In this document: positions 27,363 through 38,022 of the stretch, one piece after another | Numbering within the stretch: position 1 is the first letter of the stretch | Layout: every line of letters begins with the position of its first letter | Origin: Polyangiaceae bacterium | Lineage (GTDB): Bacteria > Myxococcota_A > Polyangia > Polyangiales > Polyangiaceae | NCBI GenBank assembly: GCA_050287085.1 | Contig: JBNKBE010000001.1 | Coordinates: 418,493 to 482,492 of the forward strand | Direction of reading: 5' to 3' | Length of the DNA: 64,000 nt | Notes under the pieces: generated by a model | The model's input: the letters and a program-made list of their open reading frames with translations, nothing else | What the model was told of the DNA's origin: nothing | The model's database searches: none | Made by a program: the position numbers and the translations under genes

Positions 27363-28994
27363 CTATGCCAAGGCCCGGTCCGCATTGAGCGGTAGCGTAA
27401 CGGTGAAGACGGCCCCCCCGGCAGAAGACGACCCCACCGCGATGCTTCCACCGTGCGCGACGAAGATCTGCCGCACGATCGGCAGCCCCAATCCAGTGCC
27501 ACTTGTCTTGGTCGTCTTGAAGGGCTGAAACACGTCGAGCCCTGGGGGTAGCCCCGGCCCGTCGTCGCTGAGTTCAAGCACGACCCGGCGTGCATCAGCG
27601 CGCGCGCGGATGTAGAGGTTGCCGCCCTCGGACATCGCCTCGACCGCGTTCTTGCATAGGTTGAGGAAGGCCTGAAATAGCTTGTCGCGATCGCCCAACA
27701 TGGCTGGCAGAGGTCGCTGCAAGTCCCAGTGAACGACTATGTTTCCGGCCGGCTCGACATGCAACGAAACAACGTCCCGCAACAGCTTCGCAAGTGAAAC
27801 GGACGCCAACACCAATGGCTGCTTGCGCGACAGCGAGCGAAACTCCTCGAGGAGTGAGGTCAAGCGCCGCATCTCCGAAACGATGGTGTCCACCGCCGCC
27901 AGCGCGGAGTCGGCGCTAGCTAGCTTGGCCACACGGCGCCTCAGTATCTGCGCATGAAGGTACATGTTGTTGAGGGGGTTGCCCACCTCATGCGCAAACA
28001 CCGCCGCCGTAGCCCCCAAGGCCGCCAAACGCTCCTGATCGATCAACTCCTGCTGCAGCGACGACCGCCGAATGAACTCTGCCAATTGGGCCGCCAGCGC
28101 GCCAACAAATGTGCACAGCTCTGGATCTGCGCCCCACGCGGGTTCTTGACCGAATAGGAGCAGCAAGCCAAGGCGCTCTTCGCCCTGTGAAATTCCGTGC
28201 GCGCACGCCGAGCGAATGGGCGGCGACATACAATCGTAGTCGAGAAACTCCGGGTCGCAGGGTAATTGATTCAAGGCGCGATCCCCCCCCTCGAACCAGA
28301 GCTGTCCAAGCCAACCTTCGCTCGCTTGCCAGGTGGACTTGCGCGTCACCGTGCCCGCACCGCTGCGCGTCCAATAGGCCACACGGGACAACTCTCCAGG
28401 CACGGCAGCTGGGAGCCAGAGTTCTGCAGCCGCCGCGTCCAGGTGTTCAGCCGCCCTGGCCAAAGCAGGACGGAGTCCCTGGTCCAACGTGCTCGCATTG
28501 GCCAGCAGACGAATGCACTCGTATTGAACGCGCAGTCGCTCCTGGCTGCGCGCTTTCTCAGCCTCGACTCGCGACTCACGATAGGCGCGCTCCACGGTGA
28601 GCGGCAGGTCGTGAAACGCAGACTGACTCTTCACAACGTAGTCGAGAGCTCCCGCTTTCAACACGTCGACGGCAATCTGCTCGTCGCCTTGACTCGTCAT
28701 CACAACAACGGGCAGTTCCGGCAGCGCCGACATCAAGTCGGTCGCGTGCCCATCCTTCAGCTTCCAATCCGAGAGCACCACGTGAGGCAAACGCTCTTGC
28801 GTGTGGGCACGAGCATCCGCGACCCCCTTTGCGGTGCGCAGCTCAAAGCGGTCTCCGTGGCGCAAAAAGGCGCGCTGGACCAGCTCCGCGTGGGCTTCGT
28901 CGTCCTCGACCAGCAGCACACATAGGGAACCCGGATGCCCTTTGGGTCGATAGCTAAACTCTGTGGCCTGACGATGACTCGGAAGCAGGGACAA
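27363..28994 (-). CDS. hybrid kinase: receiver-GAF-HisKA-HATPase
   Basis: LLVEDD, LSDWKLKDG, GALDYVVK; GAF-like middle; AHEVGNPL, NLCKNA, DDGPG, GTGLGL. Confidence 0.92.
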   Translation of the reverse strand: MSLLPSHRQATEFSYRPKGHPGSLCVLLVEDDEAHAELVQRAFLRHGDRFELRTAKGVADARAHTQERLPHVVLSDWKLKDGHATDLMSALPELPVVVMTSQGDEQIAVDVLKAGALDYVVKSQSAFHDLPLTVERAYRESRVEAEKARSQERLRVQYECIRLLANASTLDQGLRPALARAAEHLDAAAAELWLPAAVPGELSRVAYWTRSGAGTVTRKSTWQASEGWLGQLWFEGGDRALNQLPCDPEFLDYDCMSPPIRSACAHGISQGEERLGLLLLFGQEPAWGADPELCTFVGALAAQLAEFIRRSSLQQELIDQERLAALGATAAVFAHEVGNPLNNMYLHAQILRRRVAKLASADSALAAVDTIVSEMRRLTSLLEEFRSLSRKQPLVLASVSLAKLLRDVVSLHVEPAGNIVVHWDLQRPLPAMLGDRDKLFQAFLNLCKNAVEAMSEGGNLYIRARADARRVVLELSDDGPGLPPGLDVFQPFKTTKTSGTGLGLPIVRQIFVAHGGSIAVGSSSAGGAVFTVTLPLNADRALA

Positions 28995-29005
28995 TGAGCG
29001 ACACC

Positions 29006-29443
29006 CTAGTGATTGGAACAGGACTCGGGTCGACGATTCCAGGAAAGCCAGAAACTGTTAAGGTCGCGCAGCAAGCGAGCAAGCTCCCGCGGGTCCGGAG
29101 GCTTTACCAGATACGCGTTGGCGTGGTGATGGTAGGCACGGGCCAGGTCTACCTCGGCCTCTGACGTGGAAAGAATTACGACCGGCAAGACGCGAAGCTC
29201 CTCCGACTCCTTGACGCGACGCAATACCTCGAGACCATCTACACGAGGAAGACGCAGGTCGAGCAAGACGATGTCCGGACGACGCCTCGCCTGCGAGTCG
29301 AATAGGCGCTCGATCGCGGTCTCTCCGTCGCGCAGGCGCTCCAACTCGCAATCAGCGTCCGCACGCTGAAGGGCACGCTTGAACAACTCAGCATGGTCGT
29401 CGTTGTCCTCTACGAGCAACAAGAGCGGCAAGGGCGGCGTCAA
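29006..29443 (-). CDS. single-domain response regulator (Rcp1-like)
   Basis: LLVEDNDD, LLDLRLPRVDG, ILSTS, ANAYLVKP, C-terminal FWL. Confidence 0.93.
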   Translation of the reverse strand: MTPPLPLLLLVEDNDDHAELFKRALQRADADCELERLRDGETAIERLFDSQARRRPDIVLLDLRLPRVDGLEVLRRVKESEELRVLPVVILSTSEAEVDLARAYHHHANAYLVKPPDPRELARLLRDLNSFWLSWNRRPESCSNH

Positions 29444-30567
29444 TTGCGGCCCCCAGCAGCGGGCAGAAGAACAAAGAATGACGCGCCCAGTCCGTCACCG
29501 GGAGACTCGACCCAAACCTTCCCACCGTGGGCTTCTACGATGCGCTTCACCAGAGCGAGGCCAACACCCGTTCCGGGATGGGTCGGGTCAAGCTGTTCGA
29601 AAAGCGCGAAAATTCTATCCTTGTAGGCCTCTGTTAAGCCGATACCGTTATCAACAACGGACAGCCGCACGCAGTCGCCATCTTGTACCGCGGACACTTT
29701 CACCTCTGGACGCCGCTGCCCTCCCATGAACTTGGCGGCGTTCTCAATCAGGTTCTGGAGCACTTCAAAAAGCCGCACACGATCACCTCGCAGCATGGGC
29801 ATGGGCTCTTCAACTATCACACGAACCCCTCGCTGCGTAAGAGGTCCCGCCAGCGACTCGACCACGGACAGGGCCAGCGCATGGAGATCTATATCTTCTG
29901 TTGGATTGACGACCCGGCCGACGCGAGACAGCGCTAAGACCTCATCTAGCAGCCGCGTCATCTTGTCAGCGGCGGCCGTAACTCGCTGCAGGTCGGAGCT
30001 GAAAGTCGAGTAATCCCCGGCGTCGTGCGCGTCTTGGAGCATCCCCGCAAACCCCTTGATCGTAATCAAGGGGCTCTTCAAATCGTGAGACACCGTATAG
30101 GTGAAACGCTCGAGTTCAGCGTTCTTGAAGCTCAATTCTTCGATCAGCTTGGAACGCGTGGCTTCCGCCTCTTGGATCGCGCTGATATCGTGCATCACGC
30201 CGACGTAGTAGGACTCACTTCGGAGCCGCGCCTCGCCCACCGACAAATGGACGGGTACATGGCTTCCGTCCTTGCGCCGGGCCACGACATTGCGCCCGAT
30301 GCCGATCACCGAACGCTCGCCGGTCGCCGCGTAGCGATGCAGATAGGAATCGTGCGACTGCCCGTCCTCTGCTCGCATGAGCAGGGCCACGTTGCGCCCC
30401 ACCACTTCCTCCTGGGCGTAGCCGAACAGGCGACTGGCTGCTGGGTTGAATAAACGCACAGTGCCATTTCGCTCAATCACCACAATGGCGTCCACCGCGG
30501 AATCGAAGAGCGCTTTGAGCAAGGCCTCGCTGAGCTCAAAGTCTAGAAATTCACTACCCGCCGTCAT
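29440..30567 (-). CDS. soluble sensor histidine kinase with FixL-type heme-PAS domain
   Basis: HDSYLHRYAATGERSVIGIGRNVVARRKDGS..PVHLSVGE; ELERFTYTVSHDLKSPL, NLIENA, DNGIG, GTGVGL; no TM. Confidence 0.9.
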   Translation of the reverse strand: MTAGSEFLDFELSEALLKALFDSAVDAIVVIERNGTVRLFNPAASRLFGYAQEEVVGRNVALLMRAEDGQSHDSYLHRYAATGERSVIGIGRNVVARRKDGSHVPVHLSVGEARLRSESYYVGVMHDISAIQEAEATRSKLIEELSFKNAELERFTYTVSHDLKSPLITIKGFAGMLQDAHDAGDYSTFSSDLQRVTAAADKMTRLLDEVLALSRVGRVVNPTEDIDLHALALSVVESLAGPLTQRGVRVIVEEPMPMLRGDRVRLFEVLQNLIENAAKFMGGQRRPEVKVSAVQDGDCVRLSVVDNGIGLTEAYKDRIFALFEQLDPTHPGTGVGLALVKRIVEAHGGKVWVESPGDGLGASFFVLLPAAGGRN

Positions 30568-30749
30568 CACCTGTTCGCACACTTGACACGCCTGACCGCC
30601 GGACGCAACGCGCTCAGTGCGTGTCGGAGAGCAAATTGTTGTCTCGAAGGTAGGCGACCTTCGCAAAGCCTGGTAGCCATCGGGCGATGAAATTCTTGCT
30701 CCAGCCCGGTCTTCCATCGCTCTTCTCAGCGCTACGGCGCGGCGGCGGA

Positions 30750-31757
30750 ATGCGCCGCGCCCTCCCCGCCCTAACCCTCGCGCTCGCCACTCTTGGGGCC
30801 TGCAACCGTCCGCCTGCAGACCCTGCAGAACCCGAAGGCAGCGCGGCAAGCGGTGCCTCAACGACGGCAGCCACCGCCACGGTCGCAGCTTCTGACTCTC
30901 CCTGTGAAGAAGTGGAGAAGAAGCTATGCGCTGAGAGCGGCGAGAAGAGCTCCAACTGCGAAGCCTTCGGACTACTCAAAGGCGTTCTGGCTCCAGAGGC
31001 GTGTGCGGCAGAACTCTCTCACTTTGAGCACACCAAGACTCAACTCGCCAACGCTACCAAAGACTGCGACACGCTGGTGGCCCGACTTTGCGCGGAAGTT
31101 CAAACAGAAACCTGCCAAATGGTGACTCAGGCCACCAAGCGCTTTCCGCCCCAGCAGTGCACAAGCATGCTCGAGCAGATCGACAAGGTCGTCGCTGAAC
31201 TGAAAGCTGAGGAGGCCAAGAACCAGCCGATCACTGGCGAGTTGCTCGCTGCCCTACACGCCCCCAATGCCCCAAGCTTTGGCCCTGCAGATGCGAAAGT
31301 CACGGTCGTCGAGTTCTCGGACTTTCAGTGCCCTTACTGCGCTCGCGCAGCCCAGGTGGCTCGCGACTTGAAGAAGAAGTACCCAACGCAGGTCCGCTTC
31401 GTATTTCGCCAGTACCCGCTTTCTTTCCACCAGAACGCCCAGAAGGCCAGCGAGGCAGCCCTCGCCGCCAACGCGCAGGGCAAGTTTTGGGCCTATCACG
31501 ACAAGCTCTTCGAGAATCAGCAGGCGCTTGGCTTGACCGATCTCAAGCGTTATGCTGCTGACGTCGGACTCAACGCAGCGGCCGTGGACAGCGCCCTGGA
31601 AAGCAGCCAGTATGCAGAAGCCGTCAAGGCGGATGTCGCACTCGGGGACAAGGTCTACGTTCAGGGGACACCAACCCTTTTCGTCAACGGTAAGCGCGTG
31701 CACGAACCGAGCCTTGCCGGCGTCTCGCAGTTGATCGACGCGGAGCTTGCAAACTAG
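30750..31757 (+). CDS. DsbA-family thioredoxin lipoprotein with Cys-rich N-terminal domain
   Basis: Lipobox TLGAC; EFSDFQCPYC, FRQYPL, QGTPTLFVNG. Confidence 0.92.
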   Translation: MRRALPALTLALATLGACNRPPADPAEPEGSAASGASTTAATATVAASDSPCEEVEKKLCAESGEKSSNCEAFGLLKGVLAPEACAAELSHFEHTKTQLANATKDCDTLVARLCAEVQTETCQMVTQATKRFPPQQCTSMLEQIDKVVAELKAEEAKNQPITGELLAALHAPNAPSFGPADAKVTVVEFSDFQCPYCARAAQVARDLKKKYPTQVRFVFRQYPLSFHQNAQKASEAALAANAQGKFWAYHDKLFENQQALGLTDLKRYAADVGLNAAAVDSALESSQYAEAVKADVALGDKVYVQGTPTLFVNGKRVHEPSLAGVSQLIDAELAN

Positions 31758-33003
31758 GCTGCGGTTCCGAAACGCGCGGCATCGAGCGCTTCGCTCAGGC
31801 TGCTTCACCGTCGCACTCGCCGGCTCCATCGCGCTAGGCTCTAGCGCGCACGGGGCCAGCTCGCACGAGACAAGCAGCCAGCATCAGGCTAGCAGCCTGG
31901 AGCTGAGCTCCAAAGCCTATGGGCGGGAGCGCTCGCCAGCGCCTAGCTGCGGCTCGAAACGCAGCCAGGACGCAGGCGCCTGCACTGCCGCAGCAGGCAA
32001 TCTGCAAGCCGCCGCGCCCATTGCCTGGCTCGTTCCGGGACTGCTCCTCCACGGATCTGCGGCCTACGCAGCCGGGCGCCATCAAGTAGCAACCGACTTG
32101 ATGTGGCTCGAGGGTTCATCGCTTGCACTAACATTTGGCGGCTTCGCCGGCCTTGCGCTAACCGGCGCTTCGCGCATTACGGCGGCGCCTTTCATCTTGA
32201 GCGCCGCCGGAGGCGTAACGCTGTTTGCATCCAGTCTGCTACTGGATGGCTACGCTGCGCTCGGACCAGAGATGGGCTGGGGAACGGGCGCCCCGCTCGT
32301 GCCACTGTGGACAGCTGAACTTGGCTACATATGGCTAAACAACCCCGTCCTCAGCCTTGAACACCTGGCGGAAGAACGGCTGGAGATGTTCTTGAACCGA
32401 ACCCGTTTGGCGCTTGCCCTGCGGCAAGCGCCAAGCGCCCCTTATGTCGACTACCGAGCGGAGGTAGGCTATCGCCCGTGGGGGCAGGCCGCAGTAGACC
32501 CGGACGTGAGAGATGGCTCGTTTTGGGAGCTCTGGAGCGCGGGCGGAGTACAAGCCTTCCCCGAACTTGGCTTCCATACCCACAGCGTCGAAGTCGGCAC
32601 CAGCCTACGCCTGGGCACCGAGCGGCTATCCCCTTCCCTTCGCGGTGCCTTCCTGGAGTGGCAAGCAGGCGTTGCCGCACGCTCAACGTCGTTCGACTCT
32701 GGCGCACGGCTCGTTGACACAGTGCTGCTGGCCCGCCACGAACTGGGCTGGTACTTTGGGCGGCGGATGCGCAACCGGAGCGCCGGAGAGGCGAGCCTCT
32801 ACTACGACCATCGACACGACGATCTGGCCGCTGGCCTGAAAGTGCCCGGCCTCGGCAGCGGCACGGCGGGTCACTTCGGGCTTCAGGGCGCATGGTGGCT
32901 ACAATCCGGTGTCGGCGCTCAACTCTGGACCGAGGTTGGCGCCAGCTGGTTGCTCGGTGCTCGATTACACTTTCAGTACTGGCGCAAGGAGAGGCTGCCA
33001 TGA
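31747..33003 (+). CDS. hypothetical exported / outer-membrane protein
   Basis: Signal-like N-terminus, Gly/Ala hydrophobic hairpin, aromatic amphipathic beta-strands; ATGA overlap with next gene; start uncertain. Confidence 0.65.
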   Translation: MQTRLRFRNARHRALRSGCFTVALAGSIALGSSAHGASSHETSSQHQASSLELSSKAYGRERSPAPSCGSKRSQDAGACTAAAGNLQAAAPIAWLVPGLLLHGSAAYAAGRHQVATDLMWLEGSSLALTFGGFAGLALTGASRITAAPFILSAAGGVTLFASSLLLDGYAALGPEMGWGTGAPLVPLWTAELGYIWLNNPVLSLEHLAEERLEMFLNRTRLALALRQAPSAPYVDYRAEVGYRPWGQAAVDPDVRDGSFWELWSAGGVQAFPELGFHTHSVEVGTSLRLGTERLSPSLRGAFLEWQAGVAARSTSFDSGARLVDTVLLARHELGWYFGRRMRNRSAGEASLYYDHRHDDLAAGLKVPGLGSGTAGHFGLQGAWWLQSGVGAQLWTEVGASWLLGARLHFQYWRKERLP

Positions 33004-34199
33004 GGTCCAACGCAATGCCGCGCCGTCTATCCGGCGACGCGCAGGTAAGCCGCTGCTATCGGCGAGCCATGCGCCCGCCGATCCGTACCACCAGTCGCAA
33101 CAGATTCCGGGCCCTACTGTGCTTGACACTGCTGCCGTGGGTCGCTCCCGCATGTCTCGATCCGGCCTCCGAGCGAGCCGACATTGATGAAACGATCGGC
33201 CTATTGAATGCCCCCGGACTCGAGCTCAGGGTGCGAGATGGGCTGGCCGTCGTTCGCGAACATAGCGCAACAAGTGTGGTCCTATGGCAGTCAGCCCCTC
33301 GCATTGAGATTGCGCTACGCAGCGAAGCGACTTCCCTGGAGCTATCGCTGCACAACACTATGCCGCAGTCTGTTGTACAGGTGATATCCGGCGCCGCCTC
33401 GATCTCGTTGTTAGAGCCGACGGGCGAACGTCCGTACGCCACGCAGCTCGGGGTACGCCTGAGCGGCGCACTAGCCAGCGGAGTGGTGCTGTCAGTGGCT
33501 CCGCCAGATAGTTCAATTCGACCGTTTCGCATTGCGCTCATGAGTGACGTGCAGGAAGCGATCAACCGCGTCCAGGATCTCTATCAAGCGATGAATCTCG
33601 ACTCCAATATCGAGTTTCTGCTCGGCGCCGGAGATCTAACGCAGCGCGGCACAGGTCGGCAGCTGCGGCGTTTCGAGCAAGAGCTGCAGCGGCTGAATGT
33701 GCCGTATTACACCACCTTGGGCAATCACGAGCTCGGCACGAGCCCCCCGCTATTCCAGTCCCGGATGGGTCGCGCCAGTCTGAGCTTTGTCTACCGCGAC
33801 GTTCGCTTCACGCTGATCGACAGCGCCAGCGCAACGGTGGCCCCGAGCGTCCTCGCGCAGCTGGAAGATTGGCTTCGTTTGGGGCGCCACCAGGTGCACG
33901 TCGTAGCGATGCATATCCCGCCGGTTGATCCCTCGGGGATCCGCAACGGATCGTTTGCCTCGCGGCACGAGGCGTCGGCCCTGCTCTCCGAGCTGCGACG
34001 AGGCGCCGTGGACCTCACTCTCTACGGGCATATTCACTCCTATTATGCGTTCGACAACGCAGGCATCCCCGCCCGCATCTCGGGCGGAGGGGGCGCGATT
34101 CCGGAACGCTTCGATCGCGTGGGACGGCACTACCTCACCATCGACTTCGATCCGGCGGCACAGTCTTTCCAGACGAAGCTCGTGCCCGTGGGCGACTAG
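33000..34199 (+). CDS. calcineurin-like metallophosphoesterase, probable lipoprotein
   Basis: MSDVQ, GAGDLT, LGNHE, MHIPP, YGHIHSY, SGGGG; APAC lipobox-like; start 33000 or 33069. Confidence 0.88.
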   Translation: MRSNAMPRRLSGDAQVSRCYRRAMRPPIRTTSRNRFRALLCLTLLPWVAPACLDPASERADIDETIGLLNAPGLELRVRDGLAVVREHSATSVVLWQSAPRIEIALRSEATSLELSLHNTMPQSVVQVISGAASISLLEPTGERPYATQLGVRLSGALASGVVLSVAPPDSSIRPFRIALMSDVQEAINRVQDLYQAMNLDSNIEFLLGAGDLTQRGTGRQLRRFEQELQRLNVPYYTTLGNHELGTSPPLFQSRMGRASLSFVYRDVRFTLIDSASATVAPSVLAQLEDWLRLGRHQVHVVAMHIPPVDPSGIRNGSFASRHEASALLSELRRGAVDLTLYGHIHSYYAFDNAGIPARISGGGGAIPERFDRVGRHYLTIDFDPAAQSFQTKLVPVGD

Positions 34200-34260
34200 G
34201 GACAGCCCCGAGCGCGGAATTCCCTCCCTGTGAGGGGCTATGAAAACCCGTGGGAGCGTG

Positions 34261-36189
34261 TCATACGACCGCTCTCGCTTCGGCGCGGTCGCCATGCCAG
34301 ACGGCATCGAGATCGTCGCGCTCCGCCGTCTCAACCTTGAGCAACAACGTTATCAGCGCTTGGGCCTGCTCCTTATGCTGAGTGAGAAGCCCTTTGGCCT
34401 GCTCTAGCGCGTGAGCCAACAGTTCGCGTGCCTCACTTTCGATCTTGGAGACGGTCGCATCGCTGGCTCCACCGTCAGTGGCGATGCGCTGGCCCAAGAA
34501 TGGATGTTCTGCGCCGTGCTCGTAGTAGACAGGCCCCAATTGCTGACTCATGCCGTAGTGAGCCACCATCTTGGAGGCTAGCTCTGTCGCTTGCTTCAGA
34601 TCATTTTCGGCGCCAGTCGATATGCTACCCAGAAACTCACGCTCCGCGGCGTAGCCCCCCATCAGGACGCGCAGTCTCGCCTCGAGCTGCGGCTGGGTCA
34701 TGATGTGACGCTCCGCAGCCGGTGTCTGCTGGGTGACGCCCAACGCCATCCCACGAGGAATGATCGTGACGCGGTGGAGGGTATCGGCATGCTCGGAAAA
34801 CTCCGCCACCAAGGCGTGCCCGGTCTCATGAACAGCAACCCGATACTTCTCGTCGACGTCTAGCTTTGCTTCCCGCGGATCGCCTAAGACAATCTTGTCA
34901 TAGGCGCTGGTAAAGTCGCCGGCCTCGATCGCATCCCCGCCTCGCCGCGTCGCAGCAAGTGCCGCTTCGTTGACCAGATTGGCCAAGTCCGCCCCCGAAA
35001 ACCCCGGCGTCATCTCCGCCAAGCGGTCCAACACCACGCTGGTCCCGAGTGGCTTCTTCTTCGTATGCACCCCCAGAATGGCCCGACGCGCAGCCAACTC
35101 GGGTCGGTCAACAATCACCCGGCGGTCGAAACGCCCGGGTCTGAGCAAGGCCGGATCGAGCACGTCAGGACGATTGGTTGCGGCCATGACAACCACCAGT
35201 GCTTCCCGCGCGAAGCCATCCATCTCGGATAGCAGTTGATTCAGAGTCTGCTCCCGTTCGTCGTGTCCACCTCCGAGCCCCGCGCCACGGCTGCGCCCCA
35301 CCGCGTCGATTTCGTCGATGAACACGATGGCAGGCTGGCTCTTGCGCGCCTCGGCAAATAGCTCTCGTACGCGGGCAGCGCCCACCCCCACGAACATCTC
35401 GATGAACTCTGAGGCGCTGATGCTGAAGAACGCAACCCCCGACTCTCCCGCGACGGCTCGTGCAAGCAACGTCTTGCCGGTTCCTGGGGGGCCTACGAGC
35501 AACACCCCACGCGGCACTCTGCTCCCGAGCTTGTTGAAACGCTCCGGCTCCTTCAAGAACTGCACGATTTCCTGCAGATCTTGCTTGGCTGACTTCAACC
35601 CTGCGACGTCGTCAAAGGTGACGTCAACCGCCTTATTGCGCTCGAACTTTCGCCCCTTGCCTTTGAGCATGCCACCCAGGGGTCCACCCGGTCCCATCGA
35701 AGAAAGGCGCCGCGAGAGAAACACCCACACTCCGATGATCAGCACCCAAGGCAGGAGGGTCAGAACCAACTGCACGGCAAATGGCCGCTCGGCGCTGGCC
35801 ACCCGTATCTTGACGTCGTGCTTGCGCAGCAGCGGTAGTAGATCTTGGTCCTCTTCGGGGCGGATGGTCTCGAACGCGTCGTTCTTGGCCTCTTCCGTCT
35901 GATCAGTGGGCACCAACTTGCCGACAACACGCTGACCGCGAAGGGTGACCGACTCAACTTTTCCCTGCTCTGCCCAAGCGTAGAACTCGGAGTAGTCGAT
36001 AACGCGCCCCGCCGTGGCCTCGCTTGATGAACGCCACAACCACATGCCCGCCGTTAGCAGCACGAGCAGCAAAAGCCCGGCCCCATTTCCAAGCGGTGAA
36101 GGTGACGGCGGAGGGGCCCCCCCAGGCTGCCCCGGTGGGCGCGAGGGCTGAGGCGGAGCGGGACTACCAGGAGGGCTGGGAAAGGTCAT
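34261..36189 (-). CDS. ftsH: ATP-dependent zinc metalloprotease FtsH
   Basis: Two TMs, [47 protein letters not shown]. Confidence 0.96.
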   Translation of the reverse strand: MTFPSPPGSPAPPQPSRPPGQPGGAPPPSPSPLGNGAGLLLLVLLTAGMWLWRSSSEATAGRVIDYSEFYAWAEQGKVESVTLRGQRVVGKLVPTDQTEEAKNDAFETIRPEEDQDLLPLLRKHDVKIRVASAERPFAVQLVLTLLPWVLIIGVWVFLSRRLSSMGPGGPLGGMLKGKGRKFERNKAVDVTFDDVAGLKSAKQDLQEIVQFLKEPERFNKLGSRVPRGVLLVGPPGTGKTLLARAVAGESGVAFFSISASEFIEMFVGVGAARVRELFAEARKSQPAIVFIDEIDAVGRSRGAGLGGGHDEREQTLNQLLSEMDGFAREALVVVMAATNRPDVLDPALLRPGRFDRRVIVDRPELAARRAILGVHTKKKPLGTSVVLDRLAEMTPGFSGADLANLVNEAALAATRRGGDAIEAGDFTSAYDKIVLGDPREAKLDVDEKYRVAVHETGHALVAEFSEHADTLHRVTIIPRGMALGVTQQTPAAERHIMTQPQLEARLRVLMGGYAAEREFLGSISTGAENDLKQATELASKMVAHYGMSQQLGPVYYEHGAEHPFLGQRIATDGGASDATVSKIESEARELLAHALEQAKGLLTQHKEQAQALITLLLKVETAERDDLDAVWHGDRAEARAVV

Positions 36190-36214
36190 AGGGTTGGACT
36201 CGAACGCTAGCGCT

Positions 36215-36556
36215 TCAAGCGGGCTCCGAGCCGTCGCTGCGTTCCCGCCGCGCCTGCTCGAAAAGACCTTCGAGTGCGGTTTCGCTTTCGGCAGCATGGC
36301 GCCGCGCCTCGGCCGCGACTTCCCCGCGCACGTCACCCTCGGCCGCCGGGGTCATGCCCTCCGGCTCAAGCGTGACACTCACGGAATCGAAGTCCGCCAT
36401 CTGACACAGAAAGACCTGGCCCGTCGCCTCGTGCAACAGGGTAAACGCTACGACGCCCCCCCGGACCGACGGCGGGGCCACAAGGGTACAAGGCCCGCTC
36501 TTTCCGCCGCCAACCAACGGAGTATTGCTTCCGGAACCATCATCATCGGGTGTCAT
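36215..36556 (-). CDS. small acidic hypothetical protein upstream of ftsH
   Basis: Protein-like composition (beta-rich middle, helical C-terminus); ends 25 nt before the ftsH ATG on the same strand. Confidence 0.5.
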   Translation of the reverse strand: MTPDDDGSGSNTPLVGGGKSGPCTLVAPPSVRGGVVAFTLLHEATGQVFLCQMADFDSVSVTLEPEGMTPAAEGDVRGEVAAEARRHAAESETALEGLFEQARRERSDGSEPA

Positions 36557-36816
36557 CTTGAGTCCTCTCACTGCTCTGTCTGCAAGCTTCGGTACGATTG
36601 ACGCTGCCGCGGCACTCGCCGCTAAAACCCTGAGCCCGCATGAACGTACTGCAAAGGTGATTCACACACCGCTAGCATGGGCACAAGTCGCCGTGACGCA
36701 AGAAGGAGCCACGGCGCAGACGCGGCTCCCGGCGGCACAGTCCCCACCGGCCGGCTCAGCCCGCAGGTCCATCACCCGGCCCCTGCGTTGGAACCCTGTG
36801 TTATTCCTACTGTCGC

Positions 36817-38022
36817 ATGGTTGAGTTCCCGCACCTGTCCTCGTCCCCGCTAAGCGCTCGTCGCCTGCGACGCCTGGCCCAGAAGCGGGCCGGTCGAAAG
36901 GAGCGCTTCGTCCCAGGCAACGCGGTTCAGCTCTTCGTGAACGCGCACGTCTACCTCGACGATGTGTTCCGGGCGGTTGCCGGAGCCCATCGCGAAGTGC
37001 TGGTGGAACTCTATTGGCTCGGCGCCGACAAGACGGGAGCCCGTTTTCTTAGCCTGTGCGCGGAGCGCGCACGCGCAGGCGTTCGCGTCGTGCTCATTGT
37101 CGACGGTTTCGGTTCGCTAAGCCTACCTCGAGCAGCCCTCGACTCAGCAAAGATGGCCGGCGTGGAGGTGCACTTCTACAATCCCCTCACGCAACTCCAG
37201 CTGCGCCTCGGGCTGGTTCATCTCACTCGTCGCAACCACCGCAAGGTCATCGTCATCGACCGCCGCGTGGCTTTTCTCGGAGGGATCAACATCGCCGATG
37301 AGTGGCGTTCCAAGGCCCACGGCGGAGGGGAATTTCGTGATGAAGGCGTGAAGCTGGAGGGCCCTGTCGTTGCGCACCTCCGCTACGCGATCGAAATGAC
37401 GCGCCTCGCCCTGCTCCCCAGGGCCCTCCGGCAACGGGCTCGCACCACCCTCGAACGGGGACTCCGTGCCGGCGATACCCCGGTCGCGGTGCTCCGGCAG
37501 GCAGGATTTCTGGGCCGAAACCTCGCTCTCAACACCTACATTCGGCATATCCGACGAGCTAAGCACTCCGTATTCATCGCCGCCGCGTACTTTGTCCCAC
37601 CCCCGAGACTGCTGCTGGCCTTGGCGGGGGCAGCCCGGCGCGGGGTACGTGTCACCATCGTGGTGCCGGGGGTGAGCGACATTCCGTTCATGCGTTTCGC
37701 TGGACGCGCAACCTGGGGACCCCTGCTCAACGCCGGGGCGCGGCTGTTTGAATGGCAAGGCAGCGTACTGCACTCAAAAACCGCCGTCGTCGACGATCGC
37801 TGGCTGACCGTGGGCAGCCTGAACTTGGACTATCTGTCGATGCGCAACAACCTCGAGCTAAACGTATCCCTGCTCTGCCCAACGGCGGCTCGCCAACTGA
37901 CGACGTCTTTTCAGCAAACGCTCAACAACTCATCCGAGATCACCCTCGCGTCGTTTCGCCGTCGCTCCTGGCTCGCACGCTGGCTGGAGAGGATTCTCTT
38001 CGCGTTTCGGCGGTGGTTGTAA
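36817..38022 (+). CDS. clsB: cardiolipin synthase B-type phospholipase D
   Basis: Two HKD motifs (RNHRKVIVID..GGINI; LHSKTAVVD..GSLNLD); no N-terminal TM. Confidence 0.88.
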   Translation: MVEFPHLSSSPLSARRLRRLAQKRAGRKERFVPGNAVQLFVNAHVYLDDVFRAVAGAHREVLVELYWLGADKTGARFLSLCAERARAGVRVVLIVDGFGSLSLPRAALDSAKMAGVEVHFYNPLTQLQLRLGLVHLTRRNHRKVIVIDRRVAFLGGINIADEWRSKAHGGGEFRDEGVKLEGPVVAHLRYAIEMTRLALLPRALRQRARTTLERGLRAGDTPVAVLRQAGFLGRNLALNTYIRHIRRAKHSVFIAAAYFVPPPRLLLALAGAARRGVRVTIVVPGVSDIPFMRFAGRATWGPLLNAGARLFEWQGSVLHSKTAVVDDRWLTVGSLNLDYLSMRNNLELNVSLLCPTAARQLTTSFQQTLNNSSEITLASFRRRSWLARWLERILFAFRRWL

